A stretch of DNA of 64,000 nucleotides. Source: Vicinamibacterales bacterium. Its GTDB lineage: Bacteria; Acidobacteriota; Vicinamibacteria; Vicinamibacterales; SCN-69-37. The DNA lies in assembly GCA_035550595.1 (NCBI GenBank), contig DASZOV010000004.1, positions 43,259-107,258 on the forward strand, given 5' to 3'. The notes below the pieces were generated by a model. The model saw nothing but the letters and a program-made list of their open reading frames with translations. It was not told where the DNA came from and did not search any database. Below, in pieces: positions 42,971 through 51,792 of this stretch. Both the position numbers and the translations under genes were made by a program. Position 1 is the first letter of the stretch; each line of letters opens with the position of its first letter.

Positions 42971-43351
42971 CTAGGTGTAGCGCGGTCGCTTGCGCGTCGA
43001 CGCCGCCCGCTCGAGCAGGGCGGCGAGCCGATCCAGTTCAGCCGCGAGCACGCGCCGTCCGCGCGGCGTCAGCCGATACGTTCGTCGTCGGTCGTTGCCT
43101 AAATCGCGTGCCGCTTCATCGACGAGCCCATCGTCCGCAAGACGCGCGATGAGCCGATAGAGCGATCCGGGATCGAGATCGACCGCGCCGTCCGACCGCT
43201 CGATGACATGCTGGCGAATCGCATAGCCGTGCGCGGGCGCGTTGGCCAACACCAGGAGGACGAGCAGCACCTCGGGCGCGAGCGGCAGCTTCGATGGAGA
43301 GAGACGCGCGGGCGGCATCGAGGGTCGGATCGCATTGTAGGCATAATGCAT
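42971..43351 (-). CDS. PadR-family transcriptional regulator
   Basis: LAPEVLLVLLVLANAPAHGYAIRQHV...GSLYRLIARLADDGLVDE...RRRTYRLTPRGRRVL. An alternative start MPPARL at 43318 would place a TACAAT box just upstream. Confidence 0.85.
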   Translation of the reverse strand: MHYAYNAIRPSMPPARLSPSKLPLAPEVLLVLLVLANAPAHGYAIRQHVIERSDGAVDLDPGSLYRLIARLADDGLVDEAARDLGNDRRRTYRLTPRGRRVLAAELDRLAALLERAASTRKRPRYT

Positions 43352-43430
43352 CTATCTCGCAAATGCCCTTGCGCGGATCCGGCGTCAACAGGTGGGCACT
43401 CCGCGACGCCATCTACGCGTCGTCACGTGG

Positions 43431-43532
43431 CAACTTCGAACTTCGAACTGAGGTTCCGGGCGTCGCCATCCGGCCGCCACGTCCGCACCGGGAACCAATT
43501 TCGAACTTCGAAGTTCATAGTTCGAAGTTGAC
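43431..43532. repeat. TTCGAA-arm hairpin element (second full member)
   Basis: CAACTTCGAACTTCGAACTGAGGTTCCGGG...CCGGGAACCAATTTCGAACTTCGAAGTTCATAGTTCGAAGTTG. Same arm/inner-stem architecture as 18866-18972. Confidence 0.8.
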
Positions 43533-43561
43533 GAGAGCCTTTCACTCTAGAATGGCCCCCG

Positions 43562-44980
43562 ATGCCCTTTCCCACGCCGCTCAGCGCCTATCCGCCCGCT
43601 TCACCTGACGGCCTCCTGGCGACGCTCGCCGCGCGTATCGCGCTCGATCCGTTCAACGCGGTGGCGACGACGATCTTCGTGCTCGCCATCTGCCATACGT
43701 TCGTGACGGCGAAGATGACGGCGTGGGCGCACCATATCCAGGAGCGACACGACGCAGCGTCCCGGGCGGCCGCCCGTCCGCGACGGCCGAGCGTCCGCGC
43801 GGAGCTGACGCACTTCCTCGGCGAAGTAGAAGTCGTCTTCGGCCTCTGGGCAGTCGTGCTGCTCGTGGCGATTGCGATCCACGCGGGCTGGGACGCCGCG
43901 GCGCACTATCTCGACTCGGGCGTCACCTTCACCGAGGCGATGTTCATCGTCGTCATCATGGCGATCTCGTCGACGCGGCCCGTCGTCGGCTTCGCGGAGG
44001 CCGCGCTCCGCCGCGTCGCGCGGCTCGGTGGAGGCACGCCGGCCGCGTGGTGGTTCGCGATCCTCACGGTGGGACCATTCTTCGGGTCGTTCATCACCGA
44101 GCCGGCCGCGATGACGATCTGCGCGCTGCTCCTCGCGCGCCAGTTCTACGACCTCGAGCCGAGCACGCGGCTCAAGTACGCGACCATCGGGTTGCTCTTC
44201 GTGAACGTCTCGATTGGCGGCACGCTCACGCACTTCGCCGCGCCGCCCATCCTCATGGTCGCGCGCGAGTGGAACTGGACGACGCCGTTCGTCCTCGGCC
44301 ACTTCGGCTGGCGCGCCGCGCTCGCGATCGTCACGTCGAATCTGCTGTATTTCGCGGCGTTCCGGCGGGAGCTCGCGGCGCTCGGCCGTCGGCCGCCTGC
44401 CGCCGACGTCGAGACGCCAGACGAGGAAGCCAGCGGGCCCACGCTGCTGCCCGTGCCGGCGTGGCTGACGGTCGTGCATCTCGCGTTCCTCGCCTGGACG
44501 GTCGTCAACGCGCACTATCCCGTTCTCTTCGTCGGCGGCTTCCTGTTCTTCCTCGGGATCGTACGTGCGACGACGCCGTATCAGGCGCGCGTGGAATTGC
44601 GCGCGCCGCTGCTCGTCGGCTTCTTCCTCGCCGGGCTCGTCATTCACGGCGGCCTGCAGGGCTGGTGGATTGCGCCGGTCCTCGCGAGCCTGTCGGAGCG
44701 CAGTCTCTACTTCGGCGCGACGATTTTGACCGCGTTCAACGACAACGCGCTCATCACCTATCTTTCGACGCTCGTGCCGAACTTCAGCGAGGGGATGAAG
44801 GCGGCGGTCGTCGAAGGCGCGGTCACGGGCGGCGGGCTGACGCTCATCGCCAACGCGCCGAATCCCGCCGGCCACGCGCTGCTCGCACGATTCTTCGGCG
44901 GCGCCGTCGCCCCGCTCGGCCTCGCCCTGGCTGCGCTGGTGCCCACGATCGTGACGATCGTGATGTTTCGACTTTTCTAG
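43562..44980 (+). CDS. Polytopic membrane protein (DUF1504 / putative Na+/H+ antiporter-like; from memory)
   Basis: 472-aa ORF with about 12 hydrophobic segments and GC3-rich codons. Confidence 0.65.
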   Translation: MPFPTPLSAYPPASPDGLLATLAARIALDPFNAVATTIFVLAICHTFVTAKMTAWAHHIQERHDAASRAAARPRRPSVRAELTHFLGEVEVVFGLWAVVLLVAIAIHAGWDAAAHYLDSGVTFTEAMFIVVIMAISSTRPVVGFAEAALRRVARLGGGTPAAWWFAILTVGPFFGSFITEPAAMTICALLLARQFYDLEPSTRLKYATIGLLFVNVSIGGTLTHFAAPPILMVAREWNWTTPFVLGHFGWRAALAIVTSNLLYFAAFRRELAALGRRPPAADVETPDEEASGPTLLPVPAWLTVVHLAFLAWTVVNAHYPVLFVGGFLFFLGIVRATTPYQARVELRAPLLVGFFLAGLVIHGGLQGWWIAPVLASLSERSLYFGATILTAFNDNALITYLSTLVPNFSEGMKAAVVEGAVTGGGLTLIANAPNPAGHALLARFFGGAVAPLGLALAALVPTIVTIVMFRLF

Positions 44981-44996
44981 GCGCTACACTGTCCCG

Positions 44997-45866
44997 GTGA
45001 GCCTTCTCGCGCGGCTTCCCGTTCGGCGGCTCGTCACGGGCGCGGTTGCGGCCGTGCTCCTGGCGTCGACGCTGGCCATGGCTGGCAGCGCGGCCGCGCC
45101 GGCGCAGCGACGTCGCGGCTTCGGCGGGTTCGGACGTTTTCGTGAGCTGCCGACCAACATGCCGTGGCTCTACGACGGCCGTTTCGTGTTCTGTCGGATT
45201 GCGTTCCGCAACGCGCCCTACGGCGACGGCGGCGGCTGGGGCGTCGATTATCCACGCGCGGATCTGAACTTTCCGTTTCGACTCGGCGAACTCACCGAAA
45301 CGCCGATCAGCCGCGATTCACGCGGCGAGCCGAACCACGTCGTCGTCACGCTGACCGACCCACACCTGTTCGACTGCCCGTTCGTCATGATGACCGAGCC
45401 GGGCGGCGCGTATTTCGACGATGACGAGGCGGCGAAGTTGCGCGAGTACCTCGAGAAGGGCGGCTTCCTCTGGGCGGACGACTTCTGGGGTGAGTACGCC
45501 TGGAGCGTCTGGGAGAACGAAATCCGCAAGGCGCTGCCTTCGAGCGAATACCCGATCGTCGACCTGCCGCGCGATCATCCCATCTTCAACATCCAGTATT
45601 TGATCAAGGAGATCCCGCAGATCCCGTCGATCAATTTCTGGTTCGGCAGCGGCTTCCAGACGTCGGAACGCGGCTACGACAGCGCCGTGCCGCACGTGCG
45701 CGCCATCATGGACCATGACGGCCGCGTGATGGTCGTCATGACCCACAACACGGACTTCGGCGACGCCTTCGAGCGCGAAGGCGAGGACCGCCGCTACTTC
45801 GACACCTTCGCCGCCCGCGGCTACGGCTTCGGCGTCAATGTGTTCTTGTACGCGATGACGCACTGA
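44997..45866 (+). CDS. DUF4159-domain protein, secreted
   Basis: GTG start with signal peptide. GVDYPRADLNFPFRL...LTDPHLFDCPFVMMTEPGGAYFDDDEAAKLREYLEKGGFLWADDFWG...HPIF matches the DUF4159 pattern. Confidence 0.75.
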   Translation: MSLLARLPVRRLVTGAVAAVLLASTLAMAGSAAAPAQRRRGFGGFGRFRELPTNMPWLYDGRFVFCRIAFRNAPYGDGGGWGVDYPRADLNFPFRLGELTETPISRDSRGEPNHVVVTLTDPHLFDCPFVMMTEPGGAYFDDDEAAKLREYLEKGGFLWADDFWGEYAWSVWENEIRKALPSSEYPIVDLPRDHPIFNIQYLIKEIPQIPSINFWFGSGFQTSERGYDSAVPHVRAIMDHDGRVMVVMTHNTDFGDAFEREGEDRRYFDTFAARGYGFGVNVFLYAMTH

Positions 45867-45882
45867 CGCGGACAAGAACGAG

Positions 45883-46110
45883 TCAACTTCGAACTTCGAA
45901 CTATGAACTTCGAACTTGTTCCGGGTTCGGCCTCGCGCGAAGACGCGAAGGCTCGAATGATGGTGGAAGGACTTACATGCTGGTGGGGAGAACCTGGAAC
46001 CTGAGCACCGGGAACCGGGGAACCTTTCGAACCTGGAACCGCAGAACCCGGAACCCAGCCCAGAACCAGGAACCAGAACCAGGAACGCTGAACCCTGGAA
46101 CCCGGAACCC
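45883..46110. repeat. Composite intergenic mosaic: TTCGAA-heptad arm + CGCGAAG block + ~17 x GAACC array
   Basis: 45883-45925 is GTCAACTTCGAACTTCGAACTATGAACTTCGAACTTGTTCCGGG. 45929-45951 is GGCCTCGCGCGAAGACGCGAAGG, identical to 53651-53673. 45988-46110 is GAACC every 6-9 nt. Confidence 0.85.
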
Positions 46111-46113
46111 TCG

Positions 46114-47217
46114 TCACACATTGAACTTGAAGACCATCACGTCCCCATCAGCCACGACGTAGTCCTTTCCTTCCATTCGATAAAGCCCCTTCTCGCGCGC
46201 GGCGGCGATTGAGCCGCAGGCGGCGAGGTCGTCGTACGCGACGGTCTCGGCCTTGATGAAGCCGCGTTCGAAGTCCGAGTGGATGACGCCGGCGGCCTTT
46301 GGCGCCGTGTCGCCGGCGTGAATCGTCCAGGCGCGCACTTCCTTTTCGCCAGCGGTGAAGTACGTCCGCAGACCGAGCAGGTGATACGTCGCGCGGATGA
46401 GCGCGCCGATGCCGCTTTCCGCGACGCCCAGATCCGCGAGAAACGCAGCCGCGTCGTCCGGGCTGAGATCGATGAGCTCGCTCTCGATCTGCGCGCTGAT
46501 GACGACGGCTTCGCAGGACAGATGCGCGCCGACGTACTCGCGCACCGCTCGCACGTACGGGTTGTCGCCGGCCGAGGCGAGGTCCGTGTCCTTCACGTTG
46601 CACGCGAAGATCGTCGGCTTGTCCGTGAGCAGGAAGAGCGGCTGGACGAGCGCCCGCTCCTCCGCGGTCAGCGGGATCGTCAGGGCCAGCTTTCCAGCGT
46701 CGAGCTCCGACTCGACCTTCGCGAGGACGGCTTCCTCCGCTGCTGCGGCCTTGTCGCCGCGCTTCACGTCCTTGGCCAGACGCTCGCGCCGGCGTCGCAC
46801 GGACTCCAGGTCCGACAACACGAGCTCGGTGTTGATGACCTCGATGTCGCGAATCGGGTCGACCGATCCCGACACGTGGTGCACGTCCTCGTCCTCGAAA
46901 CAGCGGACGACCTGGACGATGGCGTCGACCTCGCGGATGTGCGTGAGGAACTTGTTGCCGAGTCCCTCGCCTTGGCTCGCGCCCTGGACGAGCCCGGCGA
47001 TGTCCACGAACTCGACGGCGGCCGGGATGATGACCTCGGTCTTCGCGATGCGCGCGAGCGGCGCCAGCCGCGCGTCGGGCACGGTGACGATGCCGACGTT
47101 CGGATCGATCGTGCAAAAGGGATAGTTCGCCGCCTCGGCCTTGCGCGTGCGTGTGACGGCGTTGAAGAGGGTGGACTTGCCCACGTTGGGCAGTCCGACG
47201 ATGCCGGCTCTCAGCAT
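46114..47217 (-). CDS. ychF: Redox-regulated ribosome-binding ATPase YchF
   Basis: [22 protein letters not shown]...; 367 aa with a C-terminal TGS-like end ...[11 protein letters not shown]. Confidence 0.95.
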   Translation of the reverse strand: MLRAGIVGLPNVGKSTLFNAVTRTRKAEAANYPFCTIDPNVGIVTVPDARLAPLARIAKTEVIIPAAVEFVDIAGLVQGASQGEGLGNKFLTHIREVDAIVQVVRCFEDEDVHHVSGSVDPIRDIEVINTELVLSDLESVRRRRERLAKDVKRGDKAAAAEEAVLAKVESELDAGKLALTIPLTAEERALVQPLFLLTDKPTIFACNVKDTDLASAGDNPYVRAVREYVGAHLSCEAVVISAQIESELIDLSPDDAAAFLADLGVAESGIGALIRATYHLLGLRTYFTAGEKEVRAWTIHAGDTAPKAAGVIHSDFERGFIKAETVAYDDLAACGSIAAAREKGLYRMEGKDYVVADGDVMVFKFNV

Positions 47218-47232
47218 GATCGCGGCCGGCGG

Positions 47233-48189
47233 CTAGAGGGACTCGAGATCGTGCTGCAGGCGCGAGATGACCTGCCACACGGCGTCGACCTGTGCATCGG
47301 TCACCGTCACGTCCAGATCGGCGATGGCCGCACCCTGTCGCGCATTCCGTGCGCCAACGATGCAACCGGTCGTGCCGGGCGTATGAAGGAGCACGCCAAC
47401 CGACACCTGCGCCGGATTCAATCCCGTCGTCGAGCCAATCGCACGCAGTTCCTCGACGGCCTGGAGGTGCCGTTGGAAGCGCGGTCCCGAGTAGTCCTTG
47501 TGCGCACCGCGCGCATCGCCCGGCGGAAACGTCTTGTCCTTGGTCCACGTGCCGAAGAGCAATCCGCGGAAGAGCGGCGAGTACGCGATGACGCCGACGC
47601 CGTGACGCACGCACCAGGGCAGCAGTTCCGTGCGCGGCGCGGGCCGGAGGATGCTGTACGGCGTCTGCAGCGAGTGCAGCGGAACGCCCGTCGCGCGCCA
47701 TTCGTCGAGCTGCGCGACCGAGAAATTCGACACGCCAATCGCGCGGATCTTGCCCGCGCGCAGGAGCTCATCACAGGCGGCGGCCGTTTCGGCGATGGGT
47801 TCTGGCGCGGGCCAGTGGAGCTGATAGAGATCGATGCGGTCGACGCCGAGCCGCTTCAGGCTGGCATCACACTCGGCGATGACGTCGGCGCGCGAGGCCG
47901 CGCGCGTGTTGACGTCGCTGCTGTCGCCGAGACCGAACTTCGTGAAGACCAACGGCCGGCGCGAAGCGGGCAGGGCAGCGATCGCTTTGCCGACCATCGC
48001 CTCCGAGTGGCCGGATCCATAGATGGGCGCCGTGTCGATCCAGTTCACGCCGCGATCGACCGCTGCATGAATCGCCGCGATGCTGTCGGCGTCGTCCTGA
48101 CCGCCCCACATCCAGCCGCCGATCGCCCACGTGCCGAGTCCGATAGTCGAGATGCTGAGTCCTGATGAACCAAGTGCGCGCTGATGCAT
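47233..48189 (-). CDS. Aldo/keto reductase
   Basis: ORF 47233..48417 trimmed to MHQRALGSSGLSISTIGLGTWAIGG...NWIDTAPIYGSGHSE. Classic AKR N-terminus. Confidence 0.9.
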   Translation of the reverse strand: MHQRALGSSGLSISTIGLGTWAIGGWMWGGQDDADSIAAIHAAVDRGVNWIDTAPIYGSGHSEAMVGKAIAALPASRRPLVFTKFGLGDSSDVNTRAASRADVIAECDASLKRLGVDRIDLYQLHWPAPEPIAETAAACDELLRAGKIRAIGVSNFSVAQLDEWRATGVPLHSLQTPYSILRPAPRTELLPWCVRHGVGVIAYSPLFRGLLFGTWTKDKTFPPGDARGAHKDYSGPRFQRHLQAVEELRAIGSTTGLNPAQVSVGVLLHTPGTTGCIVGARNARQGAAIADLDVTVTDAQVDAVWQVISRLQHDLESL

Positions 48190-48193
48190 CCGC

Positions 48194-50830
48194 CTATCGT
48201 AACGCGCCACGCAGTATAGACGCGGCATCGACGCGTGAAGCGCGCCAGGCTGGGACGAGACTCGCTGCCGACGCCATGGCGGCGAGTAGCAGCGCAGCCA
48301 AGGCAAAGCTCGGCGGATCGAACGGGCCGACGCCCACGAGCGTGCCACGGGCGAGCCAGGTGAGCGCCGGCGCCACGACGAGGCCGGCCACGATCCCGAC
48401 GGCGGCCAGCCGCACACCGCGGTCGACGACGGTCATGACGATGCGTCGCCGGTCGGCGCCGAGCGCGATGCGCACGCCCATCTCCTGCGTTTGCAGCGAG
48501 ACCGCGTAGGAGACGAGACCGTAGACGCCGCACGCGGCGAGCAGGAGTGCCGCGATGCCGATGGCACCGAAGACGCGGCCGAACAGCGCGAACTGCCAGA
48601 ACGCGCGCGCTTCGATCGCGGGCATCGTCTGGACGTCGGCGATAGGTAGTTGCGAGTCCGATTCGCCGATCGCCGTGCGGGCGAGCGGGGCGGCCGACGC
48701 GGGATCGCCGGCGACACGTAGCACGAGCGCCGTATCGGGCGCCGCCTGCCAAGCGTAGGGCACGAAAGCGGTCGGCTCAGCGTGTGGCTCGCCAGGCTCG
48801 GTACCGAAGTCCGCGGCAACGCCCACGACGGTGAACGTCTGGTCGCCGGTCGATGCCGTCCATGCGCGGAAGCGACGGCCAATGGGATCGCGCCCTGGCC
48901 ATGCGTGCGCGGCAAGGCCTTCGTTGACGATGGCAATGTTCGCGCGCGACAGGCTCTCAGCCGGCGTCAGCACGCGGCCGCGAACGAGATGCACGCCGAG
49001 CGTGTCGAAGAGCGTCGACGTCGCACCGACGAGACGCATCGACTCGCGCGCGTCGGGATCGGCGGCGCGACCCTCCACGTCGAGATGGCCGCGTTCACCG
49101 CCGCCCGCGAGCGGCACGTACGTGGACACGGCTGCCGACTCGACGCCGGGCAACGTCGTTGCGCGACGCAGGATGTCGTCCATGCGCCGAACGCGAGCAT
49201 CCGTATCGGCGTAGCGATCGCCGGTCATCGCCACGCGCAGCATGAGCACGTGCGCGGCGTCCACGCCCCAGTCGTGTGCCGCCAGCGCGTCGAAGGTGCG
49301 CGAGAAGAGCACGGCGAGGACAATCGCCACGAGCGATACCGCCACCTGCGCGGCGACGAGCGTCGATCGCAGGACGGATCGACCCGTGCCGGTCGATCGG
49401 TCCGTCAGCCGCGCCGAGAGCCGTCCACGCGCGGCGCCGATCGCGGGTGCGAGTCCGGCGGCCACCGTGGCCGCGATGGCCATAGCGCTGGCGTACAGGA
49501 GCGCGCGGCCATCCATCTCCCAGTGCACGTACGCCGGGACCGCGCCGGCCGGCATCATGCGTGCGAGTTGCCACGTGCCGAGAGTCGCCATCGCGGCCGC
49601 GAGAGGAATGGCGGCGACGCCGAGCAGCAGACTTTCGGCGAGCAGGTGACGCACGATCTGGACGCGCGACGCGCCGAGTGCCGCGCGGACGGCGAGCTCG
49701 TGCGAGCGCGCCGTCGCACGCGCGAGCAGCAGGTTGGCGACGTTCGAGCACGCGATGAACAGCACGAGCGTCGCGCCGGCGAACATCAGCCACAGGACGG
49801 CGGGAATGGGATCCGGCACGAACGCCTCGTGCAGCGTGCGCACGCTCGCGCGCGTGAGGCCGGCATTGGTGGCGGGATACGCGCGGGCGAGATCGGCGGC
49901 GACGGCGTCGAGCGTCTGCGTGGCGCGCGTTCGCGTGACGGCCGACGCGAGCCGGGCGATCGTCGTCAAGGTTCGTACGCCACGCTCGTCGAGGCCACGG
50001 CCGATGCCGAGTGGCGTCCACAGCGCCTGCTGATTGGGAAACGCGAAGCCCGCCGGCATGACGCCGATGACGACGTGCGGGCGTCCGTCGACGAGCACGC
50101 TGCGTCCGACGACGGCCGGATCGGCGCCGTATCGTCGCGTCCACAAATCGTGGCCGAGAACGGCGACATCTGGCGCACCGGGGACACCATCGCTCGTCAT
50201 GAACGTGCGGCCCGCAATCGGCGCGGCGCCGATGAGCGCGAACAGACCTGGCGAAACGGCTGCCGCCGACACCGAAACGGGATCGCCGATGCCGGACAGC
50301 GCCACCTGCCGCGGCGCAGCGGCTTCAATCGTCGCGGTCTCGCCCGTCCGCGCGCGCCAGTCCTCGAAATCCGGATAGGACAGCGGCGTCGGTTGGCTGC
50401 TGGACGCGGCATCGCTGGTCACGCCGATGACGACGAGACGATCGGCATCGGGATAGGGATACGGCTGGAGCAACACGCCGTCGACGACGGCGAACATCGT
50501 CGTGTCGAGGCCGATGCCGAAGCCGAGGCAGAGCACGGCGAGGCAGGTGAGGACGCGGGCGCGCCACAGCGAGCGTCCGGCCTGACGCAGGTCGCGCATC
50601 AGGCCGCTGAACCACGACAGACGCCGCGCGTCGCGGCAGCCTTCGACGGCCGCGTCCACGCTGCCAAAGGCCGCGCGCGCGAGGCGCGCCGCGTCGGCGG
50701 ACGGCACGCCGCGGCTGAGGAGCAGCTCGGTGTGGCGATCGACGTGGAACTTCAGTTCGCGAGCCACGTCGGGGTCGGCCGGCGAACGGCGGCTGACGAA
50801 TCGCCAAGCGGCGCGCAGGACATTCAGCAT
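48194..50830 (-). CDS. ADOP-type duplicated FtsX/MacB-like permease (copy 3)
   Basis: 878 aa. N-terminus ...AAFGSVDAAVEGCRDARRLSWFSGLMRDLRQAGRSLWRA is typical of ADOP. Two FtsX modules, ending ...AWRASRVDAASILRGALR. Confidence 0.85.
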   Translation of the reverse strand: MLNVLRAAWRFVSRRSPADPDVARELKFHVDRHTELLLSRGVPSADAARLARAAFGSVDAAVEGCRDARRLSWFSGLMRDLRQAGRSLWRARVLTCLAVLCLGFGIGLDTTMFAVVDGVLLQPYPYPDADRLVVIGVTSDAASSSQPTPLSYPDFEDWRARTGETATIEAAAPRQVALSGIGDPVSVSAAAVSPGLFALIGAAPIAGRTFMTSDGVPGAPDVAVLGHDLWTRRYGADPAVVGRSVLVDGRPHVVIGVMPAGFAFPNQQALWTPLGIGRGLDERGVRTLTTIARLASAVTRTRATQTLDAVAADLARAYPATNAGLTRASVRTLHEAFVPDPIPAVLWLMFAGATLVLFIACSNVANLLLARATARSHELAVRAALGASRVQIVRHLLAESLLLGVAAIPLAAAMATLGTWQLARMMPAGAVPAYVHWEMDGRALLYASAMAIAATVAAGLAPAIGAARGRLSARLTDRSTGTGRSVLRSTLVAAQVAVSLVAIVLAVLFSRTFDALAAHDWGVDAAHVLMLRVAMTGDRYADTDARVRRMDDILRRATTLPGVESAAVSTYVPLAGGGERGHLDVEGRAADPDARESMRLVGATSTLFDTLGVHLVRGRVLTPAESLSRANIAIVNEGLAAHAWPGRDPIGRRFRAWTASTGDQTFTVVGVAADFGTEPGEPHAEPTAFVPYAWQAAPDTALVLRVAGDPASAAPLARTAIGESDSQLPIADVQTMPAIEARAFWQFALFGRVFGAIGIAALLLAACGVYGLVSYAVSLQTQEMGVRIALGADRRRIVMTVVDRGVRLAAVGIVAGLVVAPALTWLARGTLVGVGPFDPPSFALAALLLAAMASAASLVPAWRASRVDAASILRGALR

Positions 50831-50834
50831 GACG

Positions 50835-51170
50835 TCACGACTCCGTCTCGCGCAGCACCTGGTTGACGGCCGTCGTCAGCCGCTGCCAGTCCTCGACCTC
50901 GCGGTCGAGCTGCTTGCGGCCCGAGCGGCTCAGCTCGTAGAAGCGTGCCTGGCGGTTGTGGTCCGACACGCCCCAGGTGCTCGTGATCCAGCCGCGGCGC
51001 TCCAAGCGGTGGAGCGCCGGATAGAGCGAGCCCTGCGGGACCTGGAGCACGGCGCTCGAGAGCTGTTCGAGACGCTGCGAGATGGCCCAGCCATGCTGCG
51101 GGCCAAGGCGCAGGGCGCGGAGGATGAGGAGATCCAGGGTGCCCTGCGGCAGATCGAGAGGTTTGGGCAT
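50835..51170 (-). CDS. PadR-family transcriptional regulator
   Basis: LPQGTLDLLILRALRLGPQHGWAISQRL...GSLYPALHRLERRGWI...RFYELSRSGRKQL. Confidence 0.9.
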   Translation of the reverse strand: MPKPLDLPQGTLDLLILRALRLGPQHGWAISQRLEQLSSAVLQVPQGSLYPALHRLERRGWITSTWGVSDHNRQARFYELSRSGRKQLDREVEDWQRLTTAVNQVLRETES

Positions 51171-51178
51171 GGGGTTGT

Positions 51179-51224
51179 CTTGCGCTTCTACAAGAGCGTA
51201 TCGGTACTGTTGTAGAAGCGCAAG
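51179..51224. promoter_or_regulatory. Perfect 15-bp inverted repeat (candidate PadR operator) abutting padR copy 3
   Basis: CTTGCGCTTCTACAA (51179-93), 16-nt spacer, TTGTAGAAGCGCAAG (51210-24). The left arm starts 9 nt from the padR ATG. Confidence 0.45.
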
Positions 51225-51341
51225 AGGATCGGACGGCCGGGAATCGCGCTAAACTTGATCGGATGTCCACGTGCCGGCGCGCCGGGCTGAGGGCCAGGGC
51301 GCGAGGCGGCGCGGGGCGCCACTCCACGGAGGGGCACGGGA

Positions 51342-51608
51342 ATGGGCGATGCGGGTGAAGGGCTGATTGACGCGGAATCTCGGATTCAGGAACGGATGGA
51401 GGAGCTCGAGACGGAGCGGAAGGCGCGGCGCAGCAAGGACGTGCGCGATCCCGGACCGCTCGGCGAGCTCGAGTCGCTCAAGCTGGCGCGCATCGAGCTC
51501 GAGCGCCAGTTCGCCGCGACGTCGCACGAACGGCGCAAGGCCGTCCTGACCGACGCGATCCGCGAGGTCGACCGCCGGCTGGCGGAAATGAGCGTCGCGC
51601 TCTCGTAG
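51342..51608 (+). CDS. Small charged coiled-coil hypothetical protein
   Basis: 88-aa ORF with GC3-rich codons and GGAGGGG upstream. The sequence is Glu/Arg/Leu heptad-like. No family recognised. Confidence 0.4.
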   Translation: MGDAGEGLIDAESRIQERMEELETERKARRSKDVRDPGPLGELESLKLARIELERQFAATSHERRKAVLTDAIREVDRRLAEMSVALS

Positions 51609-51609
51609 A

Positions 51610-51770
51610 CGCGCGAAGCCGCGGACGCGAAGGACGGACGACGCTTCGCGCGAAGGCTCGGACGGGCCTCACGCGAAGGGGGGACATTTCACGCGAAGGC
51701 GCGAAGATCGCGAAGGGATCCGACTAGTTCTTTCTTTTCACGTTCGCGGCTTCGCGCGTGAGGCTTACGC
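51610..51770. repeat. CGCGAAG-octamer composite (7 forward and 2 inverted copies), imperfect long palindrome
   Basis: Contains GCGCGAAGCC, GACGCGAAGG, the palindrome CTTCGCGCGAAG, CCTCACGCGAAGG, and the 28-mer TCACGCGAAGGCGCGAAGATCGCGAAGG (51688-51715), then the inverted GGCTTCGCGCGTGAGG. Confidence 0.85.
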
Positions 51771-51792
51771 GTCGTCTTTGTTGTTGGGCCGG

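Noticed and set aside
51610-51770. Possibility that the CGCGAAG, TTCGAAG or GAACC arrays are CRISPR arrays.
   Set aside because: The units are only 7-8 nt with no unique spacers of 25-40 nt, there are no cas genes in the window, and the arrays are partly inverted.
51782-51788. GTTGGGC as an integron attC R' core (GTTRRRY).
   Set aside because: It is a single 7-mer match with no paired RYYYAAC core at the expected distance, and no integrase is in the window. It is kept only as a testable note inside the TA-island finding.
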